From Fastidiosipila sp. (GTDB lineage: Bacteria; Bacillota; Clostridia; Saccharofermentanales; DTU023), in NCBI GenBank assembly GCA_012511175.1, contig JAAZGO010000002.1, positions 1,047 through 65,046 of the forward strand: DNA of 64,000 bases, given 5' to 3'. The notes beneath the pieces are model-generated. The model was not told where the DNA came from and ran no database searches. It saw only the letters and a program-made list of their open reading frames with translations. Positions 27,919 through 37,412 of the stretch are shown here, piece by piece (the first letter of the stretch is position 1; the number at the start of each line of letters is the position of its first letter). The position numbers and the translations under genes were made by a program.

Positions 27919-28542
27919 ATGAACTTGATGGATAAGGACGGTTTTGACCCGGCACGGCTGAATCTGGTTCCCATGGTGGTGGAACAGACAACCCGCGGGG
28001 AACGTTCCTACGATATTTTTTCCAGGCTCCTGAAAGAGCGTATTGTGATCCTGAGCGACCAGGTCAATCACGTGACAGCCAGCCTGGTCATGGCCCAGTT
28101 TCTTTTCCTGGAGGCGGAGGATCCCGAAAAAGACATTCAGTTTTACATCAACAGCCCCGGCGGTGAGATCTCTTCGGGACTCTTGATTTATGACACCATG
28201 CAGTACATCAAGCCTGATGTCCAGACCATTTGCATGGGAATGGCGGCCAGCATGGGCGCCTTCCTGGTTGCAGCCGGCACCCCGGGCAAGCGCTTTGCCC
28301 TGCCCAACGCCGACCTGATGATCCATCAGCCAAGCGGCGGCGCGCACGGACAGGCCACTGACATCACCATTGCGGCAGAATACATCGTGCGGCTGAAGAA
28401 GCGACTCAACCAGATTCTGTCGGAAAAGACCGGGCAGCCCTACGAGGTTATCGAGCGCGACACTGACCGCGACCGGTGGTTGTCTGCCGAAGAAGCCCTT
28501 GAGTACGGTCTGATCGACAAGATCATGACCAAGCGCGTTTAG
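27919..28542 (+). CDS. clpP: ATP-dependent Clp protease proteolytic subunit
   Basis: [40 protein letters not shown] (active-site Ser) and MIHQP. GGAGGA RBS precedes ATG 27919. Confidence 0.95.
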   Translation: MNLMDKDGFDPARLNLVPMVVEQTTRGERSYDIFSRLLKERIVILSDQVNHVTASLVMAQFLFLEAEDPEKDIQFYINSPGGEISSGLLIYDTMQYIKPDVQTICMGMAASMGAFLVAAGTPGKRFALPNADLMIHQPSGGAHGQATDITIAAEYIVRLKKRLNQILSEKTGQPYEVIERDTDRDRWLSAEEALEYGLIDKIMTKRV

Positions 28543-28569
28543 CGCAGTCAGGCGAATGAGGAAACGGCC

Positions 28570-29862
28570 ATGTCGGACAGAAAAGACCAGGATCAATACA
28601 AGTCCCTTCACTGTTCCTTTTGCGGGAAAACGGAAGGCCAGGTGGAGCGCCTGATCGCCGGTCCCGGTGTCTACATCTGCAATGAATGCGTCATGCTCTG
28701 CGATGAGATGCTGGCGGAAGACCCGGTCCGGGGCCGGCCCAAGGCAGCGCCCGGCGCGGACGAAATGAACCTGCTGACACCGCAGCAGATCAAGGAAAAA
28801 CTCGACGAATATGTCATCGGCCAGGAAGATGCCAAAAAGACACTGGCCGTTTCTGTCTATAATCATTACAAGCGGGTTTTCTCGGACCTGGTTGACCAGG
28901 AAGATGACGGGGTGGAGCTTGCCAAGAGCAACATCATGCTGCTGGGGCCTTCCGGTTCAGGCAAAACCTTGATGGCGCAGACCCTGGCCCGTATTTTGAA
29001 TGTGCCCTTCGCCATCGCGGATGCAACCGCCCTGACCGAGGCCGGTTACGTTGGAGAAGATGTGGAGAACATCCTTTTGCGGCTGATTCAAAACGCTGAC
29101 TTCAACATAACTGCCGCTGAGCAGGGCATCATCTACATCGATGAGATCGATAAGATTACCCGCCGTTCAGACAACCCTTCCATTACCCGGGACGTCAGCG
29201 GCGAAGGGGTTCAGCAGGCTTTGCTCAAGATCCTGGAGAGCACCCTGGCCAACGTGCCGCCCCAGGGGGGGCGCAAGCATCCGCACCAGGAATTCATCCA
29301 GATCGATACGACCAACATTCTTTTCATACTGGGGGGTGCCTTTGCGGGCATGGACAAGATTATCCGCGACCGGATCGGGCAGAAATCCATGGGTTTTGGC
29401 GCGGAAATCGAAGGATCCTCGAAAATAAGCGATAAGGAATTATTTTCAAGGCTGCTGCCCGAAGACCTGCTGAAGTTTGGCCTGATTCCCGAATTTGTGG
29501 GTCGGGTCCCTGTAGTGGTTGCCTTGGAAGAGCTGGATGAAGAGGCGCTTGTCCGCGTCCTTGAGGAACCGAAGAACGCGCTTTTACGCCAATACAAAAA
29601 ATTGATGCGTTTTGACGATGTCGATCTGGTTTTTGAACCCAAGGCAATCCGTGAGATTGCCAAAAAAGCCCTGGAGCTGAAGACCGGGGCGCGCGGCCTG
29701 CGAACCATCCTTGAACGGCTGATGCTGGATGTCATGTATGAAATTCCCTCCTGCGGCGATGTCTGCGAAGTCTTCATCACGGTGGCCAGCGTCAGGGGGA
29801 GAGAAAAGCCACGCCTGAAACGAAAGAAACAAGCGGAGGACAAGAAGGCTGCGAACGCCTGA
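28570..29862 (+). CDS. clpX: ATP-dependent Clp protease ATP-binding subunit ClpX
   Basis: Zinc-binding CSFCGK...CNEC, Walker [17 protein letters not shown] and an FEP..IREIA C-terminal domain. Confidence 0.97.
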   Translation: MSDRKDQDQYKSLHCSFCGKTEGQVERLIAGPGVYICNECVMLCDEMLAEDPVRGRPKAAPGADEMNLLTPQQIKEKLDEYVIGQEDAKKTLAVSVYNHYKRVFSDLVDQEDDGVELAKSNIMLLGPSGSGKTLMAQTLARILNVPFAIADATALTEAGYVGEDVENILLRLIQNADFNITAAEQGIIYIDEIDKITRRSDNPSITRDVSGEGVQQALLKILESTLANVPPQGGRKHPHQEFIQIDTTNILFILGGAFAGMDKIIRDRIGQKSMGFGAEIEGSSKISDKELFSRLLPEDLLKFGLIPEFVGRVPVVVALEELDEEALVRVLEEPKNALLRQYKKLMRFDDVDLVFEPKAIREIAKKALELKTGARGLRTILERLMLDVMYEIPSCGDVCEVFITVASVRGREKPRLKRKKQAEDKKAANA

Positions 29863-29900
29863 CAAACATTCAAAACTGCAAATTGGAAAATCCCGACAGG

Positions 29901-29931
29901 AAAAGACCGGAAATCGTCCGGTCTTTTTTTT
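29901..29931 (+). terminator. rho-independent terminator after clpX
   Basis: AAAAGACCGG-AAATCGT-CCGGTCTTTT forms a perfect 10-bp stem, followed by a T-run. Confidence 0.75.
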
Positions 29932-29964
29932 ATGGCAGGGGGAAACTGGAGCAAAGGAGTCGCC

Positions 29965-30783
29965 GTGGAGGAAGCAATCAAGACAATGAAAAAGCCGGTG
30001 GCCGGCTGGGCCGACAGCCGCGTAGCAGATCTCCTTGCCCGGATCAGGTCTCCGGGGCTGCCGCGCCGCCTGGTTGCCTGTCTTCCCGATGCTGATCACT
30101 ACCTTTTTGAGCATCTGGAAGGGGAGACGCTGAGACAGCTCCCGCAGGAGCTGCTTACATCCTCCAACCTCCAGCGCTGGTTCGATCAGGTTCTGGATTC
30201 ACTTGCCCTTATCAGCCTCTTTGCCGGGCTTCCCTTTGCCCATTTGGACCTCAGCCCCGAAAACATCATCGTTACCCGCGAAGGCCGTGCCTGCCTGATC
30301 GATTTCGCATCTTCGCGATTTCTGGACGGCAAGGCGGACCTTCCCGACACAGCCCGTTCAGTGACCGCGGGCTACGCAGCGCGGGAAGTCTATTTTGGCC
30401 GGCTGCGCCCGGAATCGGATCTTTTCAGTCTTGCCATGACCCTCTTGGCTGTCTGTTCGGGCCGGATGGCCGCGGAACTCGAAGGCCGGGTTATTAAAAA
30501 AACAATAAGCCGCCTGAGCCGGCCCTTTGCAGTGCGGCTGCGCCTTTGTCTGTCCGAAGAGCCCTCCCTGCGGCAGCCGGCAGCCAGAGGAAGCTTGTAC
30601 CAGGCTGTCCTGGAAGCAGGATTCAAGCGGTCAAAGGCCATTTCAGATCCCGGGCCGGAGGCGCTGAAGAGGCCTGAGCCGGCGGGGCCGTTCTGCCCCT
30701 TCCGAAGCGACGGTTGCCCTTTCCTGGATCTGGCCGATCAGCTGAGGGAGGCCGGTCAGGATGACGGCCACGTGCTACAATAA
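29965..30783 (+). CDS. protein-kinase-like protein with degenerate catalytic motifs (probable pseudokinase)
   Basis: FAHLDLSPENIIV sits where HRDLKPENI would be, and LIDFASS where DFG would be. GYAAREV and DLFSLAMTL resemble C-lobe motifs. I find no Gly-rich loop. AAAGGAG lies 5 nt before GTG 29965. The track start 29932 abuts the clpX terminator without an RBS. Confidence 0.55.
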   Translation: MEEAIKTMKKPVAGWADSRVADLLARIRSPGLPRRLVACLPDADHYLFEHLEGETLRQLPQELLTSSNLQRWFDQVLDSLALISLFAGLPFAHLDLSPENIIVTREGRACLIDFASSRFLDGKADLPDTARSVTAGYAAREVYFGRLRPESDLFSLAMTLLAVCSGRMAAELEGRVIKKTISRLSRPFAVRLRLCLSEEPSLRQPAARGSLYQAVLEAGFKRSKAISDPGPEALKRPEPAGPFCPFRSDGCPFLDLADQLREAGQDDGHVLQ

Positions 30784-30846
30784 GCCAGAACACCATTTTA
30801 CTGGCCGCAAGGCCGGAAATTATCAGGATAAAAGGAGTGTTGCCGG

Positions 30847-31284
30847 ATGCCTGAAGATAGACGCAAGAGCGGTGATGTCCGCCGAAGAGAGATCAAGCCA
30901 AGAAGTGAACCGCCGAAGAAAGGCGAGTCACAAGCAGGGAAAAGCAGGCAAAAAAAAGAACAGCGGGGAAGTTCGCCGGGGCAGGAGAGGGGCGGCAAAC
31001 GGGCAGGAAGGCAAGGGCAGCAAAGGCCAAAAAGTCCCTCCGGGGCAGGCAGCAGGGAAAAAGCGGATGCCGTCCCCCAGCCTCAAGTCCCGGGACCTGA
31101 TTCCCAGGAAAGAAAAAAGAGATCCAGCCGAAACAGGCGCAGGCCGAAAAAATCCGCAAAACAGGAGGGCCAGCCTTTTCGGGGAGAGGAGACAGCTGCT
31201 GACATCACCCGCGATATTGCCCGGATCGAGAAGGACATTCAGCTAGATTTGGACGGTATCCGGAACCAGAAACTCGATCTTTAA
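30847..31284 (+). CDS. highly basic, low-complexity (K/R/G/Q/S/P-rich) protein with a short structured C-terminus
   Basis: AAGGAG RBS lies 9 nt before ATG 30847. I prefer this frame over the overlapping 30761..31246 frame because of the RBS and the amphipathic C-terminal segment AADITRDIARIEKDIQLDLDGIRNQKLDL. Confidence 0.5.
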   Translation: MPEDRRKSGDVRRREIKPRSEPPKKGESQAGKSRQKKEQRGSSPGQERGGKRAGRQGQQRPKSPSGAGSREKADAVPQPQVPGPDSQERKKRSSRNRRRPKKSAKQEGQPFRGEETAADITRDIARIEKDIQLDLDGIRNQKLDL

Positions 31285-31310
31285 AGACGGCAGGGGCCTG
31301 TTTCGATCTG

Positions 31311-32744
31311 ATGAGCCGGAAAAGAGAAAACCAGGAAGGGCGGACGCCCTTGGCGGATGCCCTTGACGCCATCAGAAACCGTGTTTCCTTTCACATGCCC
31401 GGCCACCGCAAGGGCCGATTATTGCCCGGCCTGCCGGACATCCCCCTTGGTGCCCTCGATACGACGGAACTCGCTGATTCGGGTGATCTTGCCTCCCCCT
31501 CCGGCCAGGTCCTGGAGGCTTACCGTTTAGCGGCTTCTTTTTTTGGCGCTGGGGAAAGCTGGTTCATCACTTCCGGTACCACCACTTCGATTTTTATCAT
31601 GATGGCAGCGGTGCTGCGTGAAGGTGACCGGGTGATCATGCCGCGGGCTGTTCACATCGCAGCCGTTCATGCTGTCGCCATCCTTGGCCTGGAGCCGCTT
31701 TTTGTCAGCCCGGCAGCCGGGGAGAGTTTTCCCGACGGTCAGCCCCATGCCGGGGCTTATCTTGCCTCAATCCAGCAATACCCGGATGCCAGAGCCTGCT
31801 ATGTGACCTGCCCGGATTATTATGGACGGACCATGGATCTTTCCATCCTGGCCGAAGCAGCGAAAGAAGCTGGCATGGCCCTTCTGGTCGATGAAGCCCA
31901 CGGGGCTCATTTCGCGGCGGCTCCCGGCCTTCTGCCGCGGACAGCTCTTTCCCTGGGCGCCGATCTGACCTGTCAAAGCGCCCATAAAACCTTGCCGGCC
32001 CTGACGCCCGCCTCGCTTCTCCATGTGTCACAGGAGGCTCTCGACAGCGGCCGGGTGGATTCCTGCCGACTGGCTGGCCTGGTCAAGGTCTTTCAGACAT
32101 CCAGCCCCTCTTTTCTGATCGCGGCTTCCATGGATGCCGCGCGGGCGGTGGCCGCACAGAGGGGAGCTGCAGCCATCGAACGTCTGATCCGCTTGAACCG
32201 GGAACTTTGTGATGAGCTTCCGGCTTTTTACCGCAGGATCCTGCCGGAAGGTGCCGACCGGTCGCGGCTGGTCATCGATTACTCCCGGACAGGCTGCAGT
32301 CGCATCAGCTTTTCAAGCCATCTTTACAAGGCAGGCATTGACGCCGAGCTGATTGATCTGACCCGGGCGGTTTTTATTCCAGGCTTTGACCAGGACGAGG
32401 ATGACTATGCGCGTCTTTTAAGCGCCTTGAAATCAGTGCCGGCAAAAACAGACCCTGAAAAAATTGCAGGGCATGTCAAAAGGACTTCCGCCCTGTCGGA
32501 GCAGCGTGATACCCTGCTGTCGGGGGCGGCCCGTTTCGAACTAACTCCCCGGCAGGCCCTTTTCGGTCGTGCGGGGGAAGCGCATGTGGCAACCTGCGCC
32601 ATCGCCCCTTACCCGCCGGGCCTGCCCCTGGTCTGGCCGGGCGAGCGGCTGACCGTTTTTCACCGCCGGTATCTTGAAAAGCTGCAGGCTGAGGGCATTG
32701 CAGTCCGCGGTATTTCGCCTGTTCCGGCTAGTGGGCCGCAATGA
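31311..32744 (+). CDS. Orn/Lys/Arg decarboxylase-family PLP enzyme (YaaO-like)
   Basis: FHMPGHRKG start region and the PLP-lysine motif QSAHKTLPALT. It is positioned immediately upstream of tmk, as B. subtilis yaaO is. Confidence 0.85.
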   Translation: MSRKRENQEGRTPLADALDAIRNRVSFHMPGHRKGRLLPGLPDIPLGALDTTELADSGDLASPSGQVLEAYRLAASFFGAGESWFITSGTTTSIFIMMAAVLREGDRVIMPRAVHIAAVHAVAILGLEPLFVSPAAGESFPDGQPHAGAYLASIQQYPDARACYVTCPDYYGRTMDLSILAEAAKEAGMALLVDEAHGAHFAAAPGLLPRTALSLGADLTCQSAHKTLPALTPASLLHVSQEALDSGRVDSCRLAGLVKVFQTSSPSFLIAASMDAARAVAAQRGAAAIERLIRLNRELCDELPAFYRRILPEGADRSRLVIDYSRTGCSRISFSSHLYKAGIDAELIDLTRAVFIPGFDQDEDDYARLLSALKSVPAKTDPEKIAGHVKRTSALSEQRDTLLSGAARFELTPRQALFGRAGEAHVATCAIAPYPPGLPLVWPGERLTVFHRRYLEKLQAEGIAVRGISPVPASGPQ

Positions 32745-32811
32745 CTTTATGCTAAGATAAGTCTAATCCTGTGAGCCTTCACGGGAGAATGGTTTAGGGA
32801 GTGCCGGAGCC

Positions 32812-33444
32812 ATGGCCAGGGGGAAACTGATCACATTCGAAGGCATAGACGGTTCGGGAAAAACGACACAAATCAAGTTTCTCGCCGACTACCTTCGCTC
32901 ACTGGGTTTCGACGTTCTCCTCCTGCGCGAGCCGGGGGGAACCAGGATCGGTGAGGAGATCCGCCATGTTTTGCTTGACATGCGTTCCGGGGAGATGACT
33001 TCTGAAACCGAGCTTTTTCTCTTTGAGGCGGCCCGGGCCCAATTGGTCCGGGAAGTGATCCGGCCGGCTTTGGAAAAAGGCAGCTGGGTAATCAGTGACC
33101 GCTTCCATGACTCTTCAGTCGCCTATCAGGGCTATGGCCGCGGACTTCCCATTGAACTGGTCCGGGCCTTGAATGATATGGCTATCGGGGAAACGGTCCC
33201 CGATTTGACGATTTTGCTTGAGCTTGGTCCGGAAACGCGGGCAGTCCGGCTGGGCAAGCGTCACGGCAGTGGACTGGGGGACCGGATCGACCTTGAAACG
33301 GAACGGTTTAAGGAGCGGGTCTGCCAAGGCTTCCGGGCAATCGCGCAGGCGGAGCCTGAACGGGTTGTCCGCATTGAATCGCTGGATGAGAAAGAGAAGA
33401 CAGCAGAGCTGATTCGCCATGAAGTAAGGAGATATTTACTATGA
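32812..33444 (+). CDS. tmk: dTMP (thymidylate) kinase
   Basis: ITFEGIDGSGKTTQ P-loop, LLREPGGT and DRF..SS.AYQG. Confidence 0.95.
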   Translation: MARGKLITFEGIDGSGKTTQIKFLADYLRSLGFDVLLLREPGGTRIGEEIRHVLLDMRSGEMTSETELFLFEAARAQLVREVIRPALEKGSWVISDRFHDSSVAYQGYGRGLPIELVRALNDMAIGETVPDLTILLELGPETRAVRLGKRHGSGLGDRIDLETERFKERVCQGFRAIAQAEPERVVRIESLDEKEKTAELIRHEVRRYLL

Positions 33445-33770
33445 AATTGATCTTTGCCATCGTAAGTGACGACGATTCCCCGCGGCTGATGGCTGAAGTC
33501 AACCGGGCGGGTTACCGCGTCACCAAACTGCACTCAACCGGGGGTTTTCTCCGATCCGGCAACACGACCTTGATGACGGTTGTGGAAGATGCGGAGCAGG
33601 ACGAAGTGATCGCCATTATCCGCAAGAACTCAAAGAGCCGTAAGGCGGCAATCAATGCCAGCATCCCTCCCTCCAATATGGGGGCTTCCTACGTTCCCTA
33701 CCCGGTTGAAGTCAACATCGGAGGCGCGACCGTCTTCGTTGTTCCCGTCGAGCATTTTGAAAAATTCTGA
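33441..33770 (+). CDS. darA: cyclic-di-AMP receptor DarA (YaaQ, PII-like, DUF970)
   Basis: MKLIFAIVSDDDSPRLMAEVNRAGYRVTKLHSTGGFLRSGNTTLM matches the YaaQ family. It has the conserved tmk-yaaQ-holB position. Confidence 0.85.
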   Translation: MKLIFAIVSDDDSPRLMAEVNRAGYRVTKLHSTGGFLRSGNTTLMTVVEDAEQDEVIAIIRKNSKSRKAAINASIPPSNMGASYVPYPVEVNIGGATVFVVPVEHFEKF

Positions 33771-33771
33771 A

Positions 33772-34875
33772 ATGTCCGGTTTGGAAAAACCGGCTCAGCA
33801 AGATCCGGAGCAGGCAGACAGGCCCCTGTCCTTTGACACCATCGCCTGTTCCAGCCAGCTCAGGGAGCAGCTTGCCCGTTTGGCCGGTGGAAGCAGGATC
33901 CCGATTCTTCTGACTGGTGAAGAAGGATCCGGCAAGCACTACATCGCCCGCAGGCTGGCAGCGGCTATCCTCTGTGACCAGCCCCATCCATCTGGCGGTG
34001 CTTGCGGGCATTGTGCTTCCTGCCGGATGCTCCGGTCGGGTTCCCATCTCGATCTGATTGAACTTAGCCCCCCGGATGACAAGTCATCCATCCCGGTCGC
34101 TTCCATCCGTTCACAGGTTGCGGGGACCCTTCAGATTTACCCGCAAATAAGCCGCAACAGGGTCTATTGGGTCGAAGCGCTGAAGGCGGATACCCTCAAT
34201 GAACAAGGGCAAAACGCCTTGCTGAAACCTCTTGAGGAACACCCTGATTTTGCCCGTTTCATCATTCTGGCAGAAGATGTTGATCGCCTCCTGCCCACCA
34301 TCCGCTCCCGCTCGAGTGTGGTCCGGATTGGCAGGCGGAGCCGGGAAGAGATCAGGCGAATCCTGGAGGAATCGGGCAGCGGTGAACGGGCAGCCGGCCT
34401 GGCTTTGCGCTTCGCTGACGGCTTGCCCGGCCAAGCGCTTGCCATGGCCCGGGATGAGACCTTCCGCAGCTTGCGCGATCAGACTTTTTCACTTTTTTCC
34501 CTGCTGCCCCGGGCCAGCCGGACCTATTGCCTGACAGAGGGACTGGCCTTTTTCAAGGAAAACAGGGGGGAATTCAACATCCGGCTGCGTTTGATGGAGT
34601 CTTTTTTACGCGATCTCCTGCTCCTGCAAAACAAGATGGATCAGGAAGGGCTGGTGAATCTGGATCTGGCTGATGCCCTCGAAGCGATGTACCGGCAAGC
34701 ACCCGCAGCCGACCCGGCCAAGGCAGCTGAACTGGTCAGGCAGACCGCGCGTGCCCTGGCTTCAAACGCCAATTTTGACCACACCCTGGCCCGGATGCTT
34801 CTTGGCTTGCGCGCCTTTTTGGGCGGGCATCCCGTTCCGGCCAATGTTTTCAGAGCCAGGGACGGTTTTTTATAA
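33772..34875 (+). CDS. holB: DNA polymerase III subunit delta'
   Basis: LLTGEEGSGKH P-loop, zinc module CGHCASC and the context tmk-darA-holB-ricT. ATG 33772 lies 1 nt after the darA stop. Confidence 0.85.
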   Translation: MSGLEKPAQQDPEQADRPLSFDTIACSSQLREQLARLAGGSRIPILLTGEEGSGKHYIARRLAAAILCDQPHPSGGACGHCASCRMLRSGSHLDLIELSPPDDKSSIPVASIRSQVAGTLQIYPQISRNRVYWVEALKADTLNEQGQNALLKPLEEHPDFARFIILAEDVDRLLPTIRSRSSVVRIGRRSREEIRRILEESGSGERAAGLALRFADGLPGQALAMARDETFRSLRDQTFSLFSLLPRASRTYCLTEGLAFFKENRGEFNIRLRLMESFLRDLLLLQNKMDQEGLVNLDLADALEAMYRQAPAADPAKAAELVRQTARALASNANFDHTLARMLLGLRAFLGGHPVPANVFRARDGFL

Positions 34876-34947
34876 ACAGGGATCGAGACGTTATAATATG
34901 AAAAGAACCATCCCTCACAGGGGTGACATGGAAGTTGGAATTAACAA

Positions 34948-35907
34948 GTGAACAATATAAAGAAGCCCATCGAACAGGACAGTTCAGAGCAGAAAAACAG
35001 AGAAACGGCTATTGACTACGAGGAGGCGGGCGGGTATCCCGTCTGCGCCATTCGCGATGACCTGAAAGAAGCCGGGGAAGATCGGGCTGAAGACGGAGAG
35101 GAGAGAGTTCTCCTGGTCGGGGTCCGATTGCATGGCCGCGGCAAAGTCTACCACTTTTCGCCTGGTGATCATAAGATACGCCGGGGCGATTATTTGATCG
35201 TGGAAACCTCCCAGGGCATTGAGATCGGCGTGGCGGCTGACTGGCCCCAGCAGCTGCCGAAGAGCTCGGTCAGGGCACCTTTGAAGCGTGTCTTGCGCCT
35301 TGCGTCCAACGATGACATCCTGCATTACGAAGAGAATAAACAGCGGGAGGAGGAAGCTCTGGTGACTGCCAGGGAGCGTGTCGAGGTGTACGGTCTTGAC
35401 ATGGTGCTCGTCGATGTCGAATACCGCTTTGACAACCGCAAGATCACCTTCTTTTTCACCTCGGACGGGCGGGTTGATTTCCGCGAGCTGGTCCGCGACC
35501 TGGCTTCAATTTTCCTGACCCGGATTGAACTGCGCCAGATCGGTGTCCGCGACGAGGCATGCATGATCGGCGGCTTGGGTATCTGCGGACGTGAGCTGTG
35601 CTGCAGCACCTTCCTGCATGAGTTCCGCCCGGTCTCCATCCGCATGGCCAAGGACCAGAATCTGTCCATGAATCCTTCCAAGATTTCGGGGACCTGCGGC
35701 AGGCTGCTATGCTGCCTCAGCTACGAACACCATGTCTATGTTGACGCCAGGAAAAGAATGCCGGACCGCAACACGCGTCTCATGACACCCGATGGCCGCG
35801 GCCTGGTCGAGGCTGTCGACTTGCTCAAGGAAGAGGTGACGGTCCGCCTTGACCGAAACGGGGAACAGGATGTGAAGGTCTACCGCCTGTCGGATTTAGG
35901 GGATTGA
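34948..35907 (+). CDS. ricT: PSP1-domain protein RicT (YaaT)
   Basis: The PSP1 core is ...VDVEYRFDNRKITFFFTSDGRVDFRELVRDLASIF..RIELRQIGVRDEA. A Cys cluster GICGRELCCSTF...CGRLLCCL is present. It follows holB as expected. Confidence 0.85.
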   Translation: MNNIKKPIEQDSSEQKNRETAIDYEEAGGYPVCAIRDDLKEAGEDRAEDGEERVLLVGVRLHGRGKVYHFSPGDHKIRRGDYLIVETSQGIEIGVAADWPQQLPKSSVRAPLKRVLRLASNDDILHYEENKQREEEALVTARERVEVYGLDMVLVDVEYRFDNRKITFFFTSDGRVDFRELVRDLASIFLTRIELRQIGVRDEACMIGGLGICGRELCCSTFLHEFRPVSIRMAKDQNLSMNPSKISGTCGRLLCCLSYEHHVYVDARKRMPDRNTRLMTPDGRGLVEAVDLLKEEVTVRLDRNGEQDVKVYRLSDLGD

Positions 35908-35995
35908 AGATAGGGGCTTTTATGCTATGATCTTTGGGTAGAGTACAGATGGGAATGGCGCCCAGGGCCCGTTCCCTGTAAGAAGGAGGAGAATC

Positions 35996-36169
35996 ATGCC
36001 GCATATTATTGATGGTGACGAGTGCATCAGCTGTGGCGCATGTGCTGAAGTCTGCCCCACCGAGGCGATTTCTGAGGGGGACGAATTTTACGTCATTGAC
36101 GCCGACCTTTGCATCGACTGCGGGGCCTGTGTCGAGGTCTGTCCGGTCGACTGCATTTCGGAAGAATAG
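35996..36169 (+). CDS. 2x[4Fe-4S] ferredoxin, 57 aa
   Basis: Not in the ORF track. GAAGGAGGAG RBS precedes ATG 35996. The translation is [57 protein letters not shown], with two CxxCxxCxxxCP motifs. Confidence 0.85.
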   Translation: MPHIIDGDECISCGACAEVCPTEAISEGDEFYVIDADLCIDCGACVEVCPVDCISEE

Positions 36170-36195
36170 AAGAAGATCGCCGTCAGGAAGAAGTC

Positions 36196-36226
36196 AGGCT
36201 GCCTCGCACGGGCGGCCTCTTTTTTC
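36196..36226 (+). terminator. terminator after the ferredoxin gene
   Basis: AGGCTGCC-TCGCACG-GGCGGCCT forms an 8-bp stem (one G-U), followed by CTTTTTT. Confidence 0.55.
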
Positions 36227-36251
36227 TAAGCAGATGGTGTTGGAGGTGACC

Positions 36252-37412
36252 ATGGAAAATTTTGTTTTTAGAAATCCTACAAAGATCTTATTTGGTGACG
36301 GGATGCTGGATCGCCTGCCGGAGGAACTGGCGCCCTTTGGCCGTAAACTGCTGCTGGTTTACGGTACGGGAAGCATCAAACGATCCGGTCTCTATGACCG
36401 GGTGATCCGGTTGCTGGAAAAAGCGGATAAGCAGGTTTTTGAACTGTCAGGTGTTATGCCCAACCCTCGCACCGAAAAAGTTTACCAGGGAATTGAAATC
36501 TGCCGCCGGGAGTCCATCGATTTTATCCTGGCCGTCGGCGGGGGCAGCGTCCTGGATTGTTCCAAGGCCATTGCTGCCGGAACCCTTCATGAAGGGGATT
36601 TTTGGGAGGATCTTTACCTGGGCAGGCAGTGCATCGACTGTGCAGTTCCCATTGGGGCCGTGCTGACCATGCCGGCGACGGGCAGTGAGATGAACAGCGG
36701 CACGGTCATCAGCGACTGGGAGAATAATCAGAAGCGCGGCTACGGCGATGAAAATCTTTTCCCGCAGTTTTCCATCCTGGAACCCGGTCTGACCATGACC
36801 ATGCCGCGCGAGCAGGTGGTCTACGGGGCGGTTGACATGATCTCACACGTTTTTGAGCAGTACTTCTCGCCGCCCGATGATGACAACCTGTCGGATGAGC
36901 TGGCCGAAGCTGTCCTGCGCAATATCCGGGTCAACCTGGAGCGGTCTCTGGCTGACCTTTCCGACTACCGGGCCCGGTCCAACCTGATGTGGGATGCGAC
37001 CATTGCCCTGAATGGCCTTCTAAGCCTGGGCAAGCGGGAAGACTGGCAGTCACACCAGATTGAGCACGCCCTCTCAGCCTGGTACGACATTCCGCATGGG
37101 GCGGGACTGGCCATTGTCCACCCCAAGCTGCTCTACTATATCCGCAAGGAGGCGGAGCACAAGCTGGCCCGCTATGCGGTTCGGGTCTGGGAGATTGATC
37201 CGGCGGGAAAGAGCCGGGAAGAGCTGGCCCTGGCCGGTATCCGGGCGACCCGGGATTTTTTCAACTCAATTGGCGCGCCAGCCAATCTGGCTGATGTCGG
37301 CATCCCAGCAGAAGCCATTGACCAGCTGGCAGGAAGCACCAGCCTGATCAAGTCGGGCTATCGATCCCTGGACCGCCATGATGTAACCGAGATCCTGAAA
37401 TTGCCATTCTGA
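36252..37412 (+). CDS. iron-containing (group III) alcohol dehydrogenase, YqhD/butanol-dehydrogenase type
   Basis: MENFVFRNPTKILFGDG start, AVGGGSVLDCSKAIA and a His-rich metal site (HQIEHALS...HGAGLA). GGAGGTG RBS precedes ATG 36252. The track ORF's N-terminal extension from 36009 overlaps the ferredoxin in another frame. Confidence 0.9.
   Translation: MENFVFRNPTKILFGDGMLDRLPEELAPFGRKLLLVYGTGSIKRSGLYDRVIRLLEKADKQVFELSGVMPNPRTEKVYQGIEICRRESIDFILAVGGGSVLDCSKAIAAGTLHEGDFWEDLYLGRQCIDCAVPIGAVLTMPATGSEMNSGTVISDWENNQKRGYGDENLFPQFSILEPGLTMTMPREQVVYGAVDMISHVFEQYFSPPDDDNLSDELAEAVLRNIRVNLERSLADLSDYRARSNLMWDATIALNGLLSLGKREDWQSHQIEHALSAWYDIPHGAGLAIVHPKLLYYIRKEAEHKLARYAVRVWEIDPAGKSREELALAGIRATRDFFNSIGAPANLADVGIPAEAIDQLAGSTSLIKSGYRSLDRHDVTEILKLPF

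Noticed and set aside
27805-28866. 353-aa minus-strand ORF spanning clpP and the start of clpX
   Set aside because: It is antisense to two highly conserved genes and has no recognisable motifs.
30761-31246. Alternative frame for the basic low-complexity protein
   Set aside because: It has no RBS, it overlaps the end of the kinase-like gene, and it has no structured segment. The 30847 frame is preferred, but this remains uncertain.
36009-36251. N-terminal extension of the alcohol dehydrogenase ORF
   Set aside because: The extension overlaps the ferredoxin gene in another frame and crosses a terminator. The family-typical start MENFVFRNP, with a GGAGGTG RBS, is at 36252.
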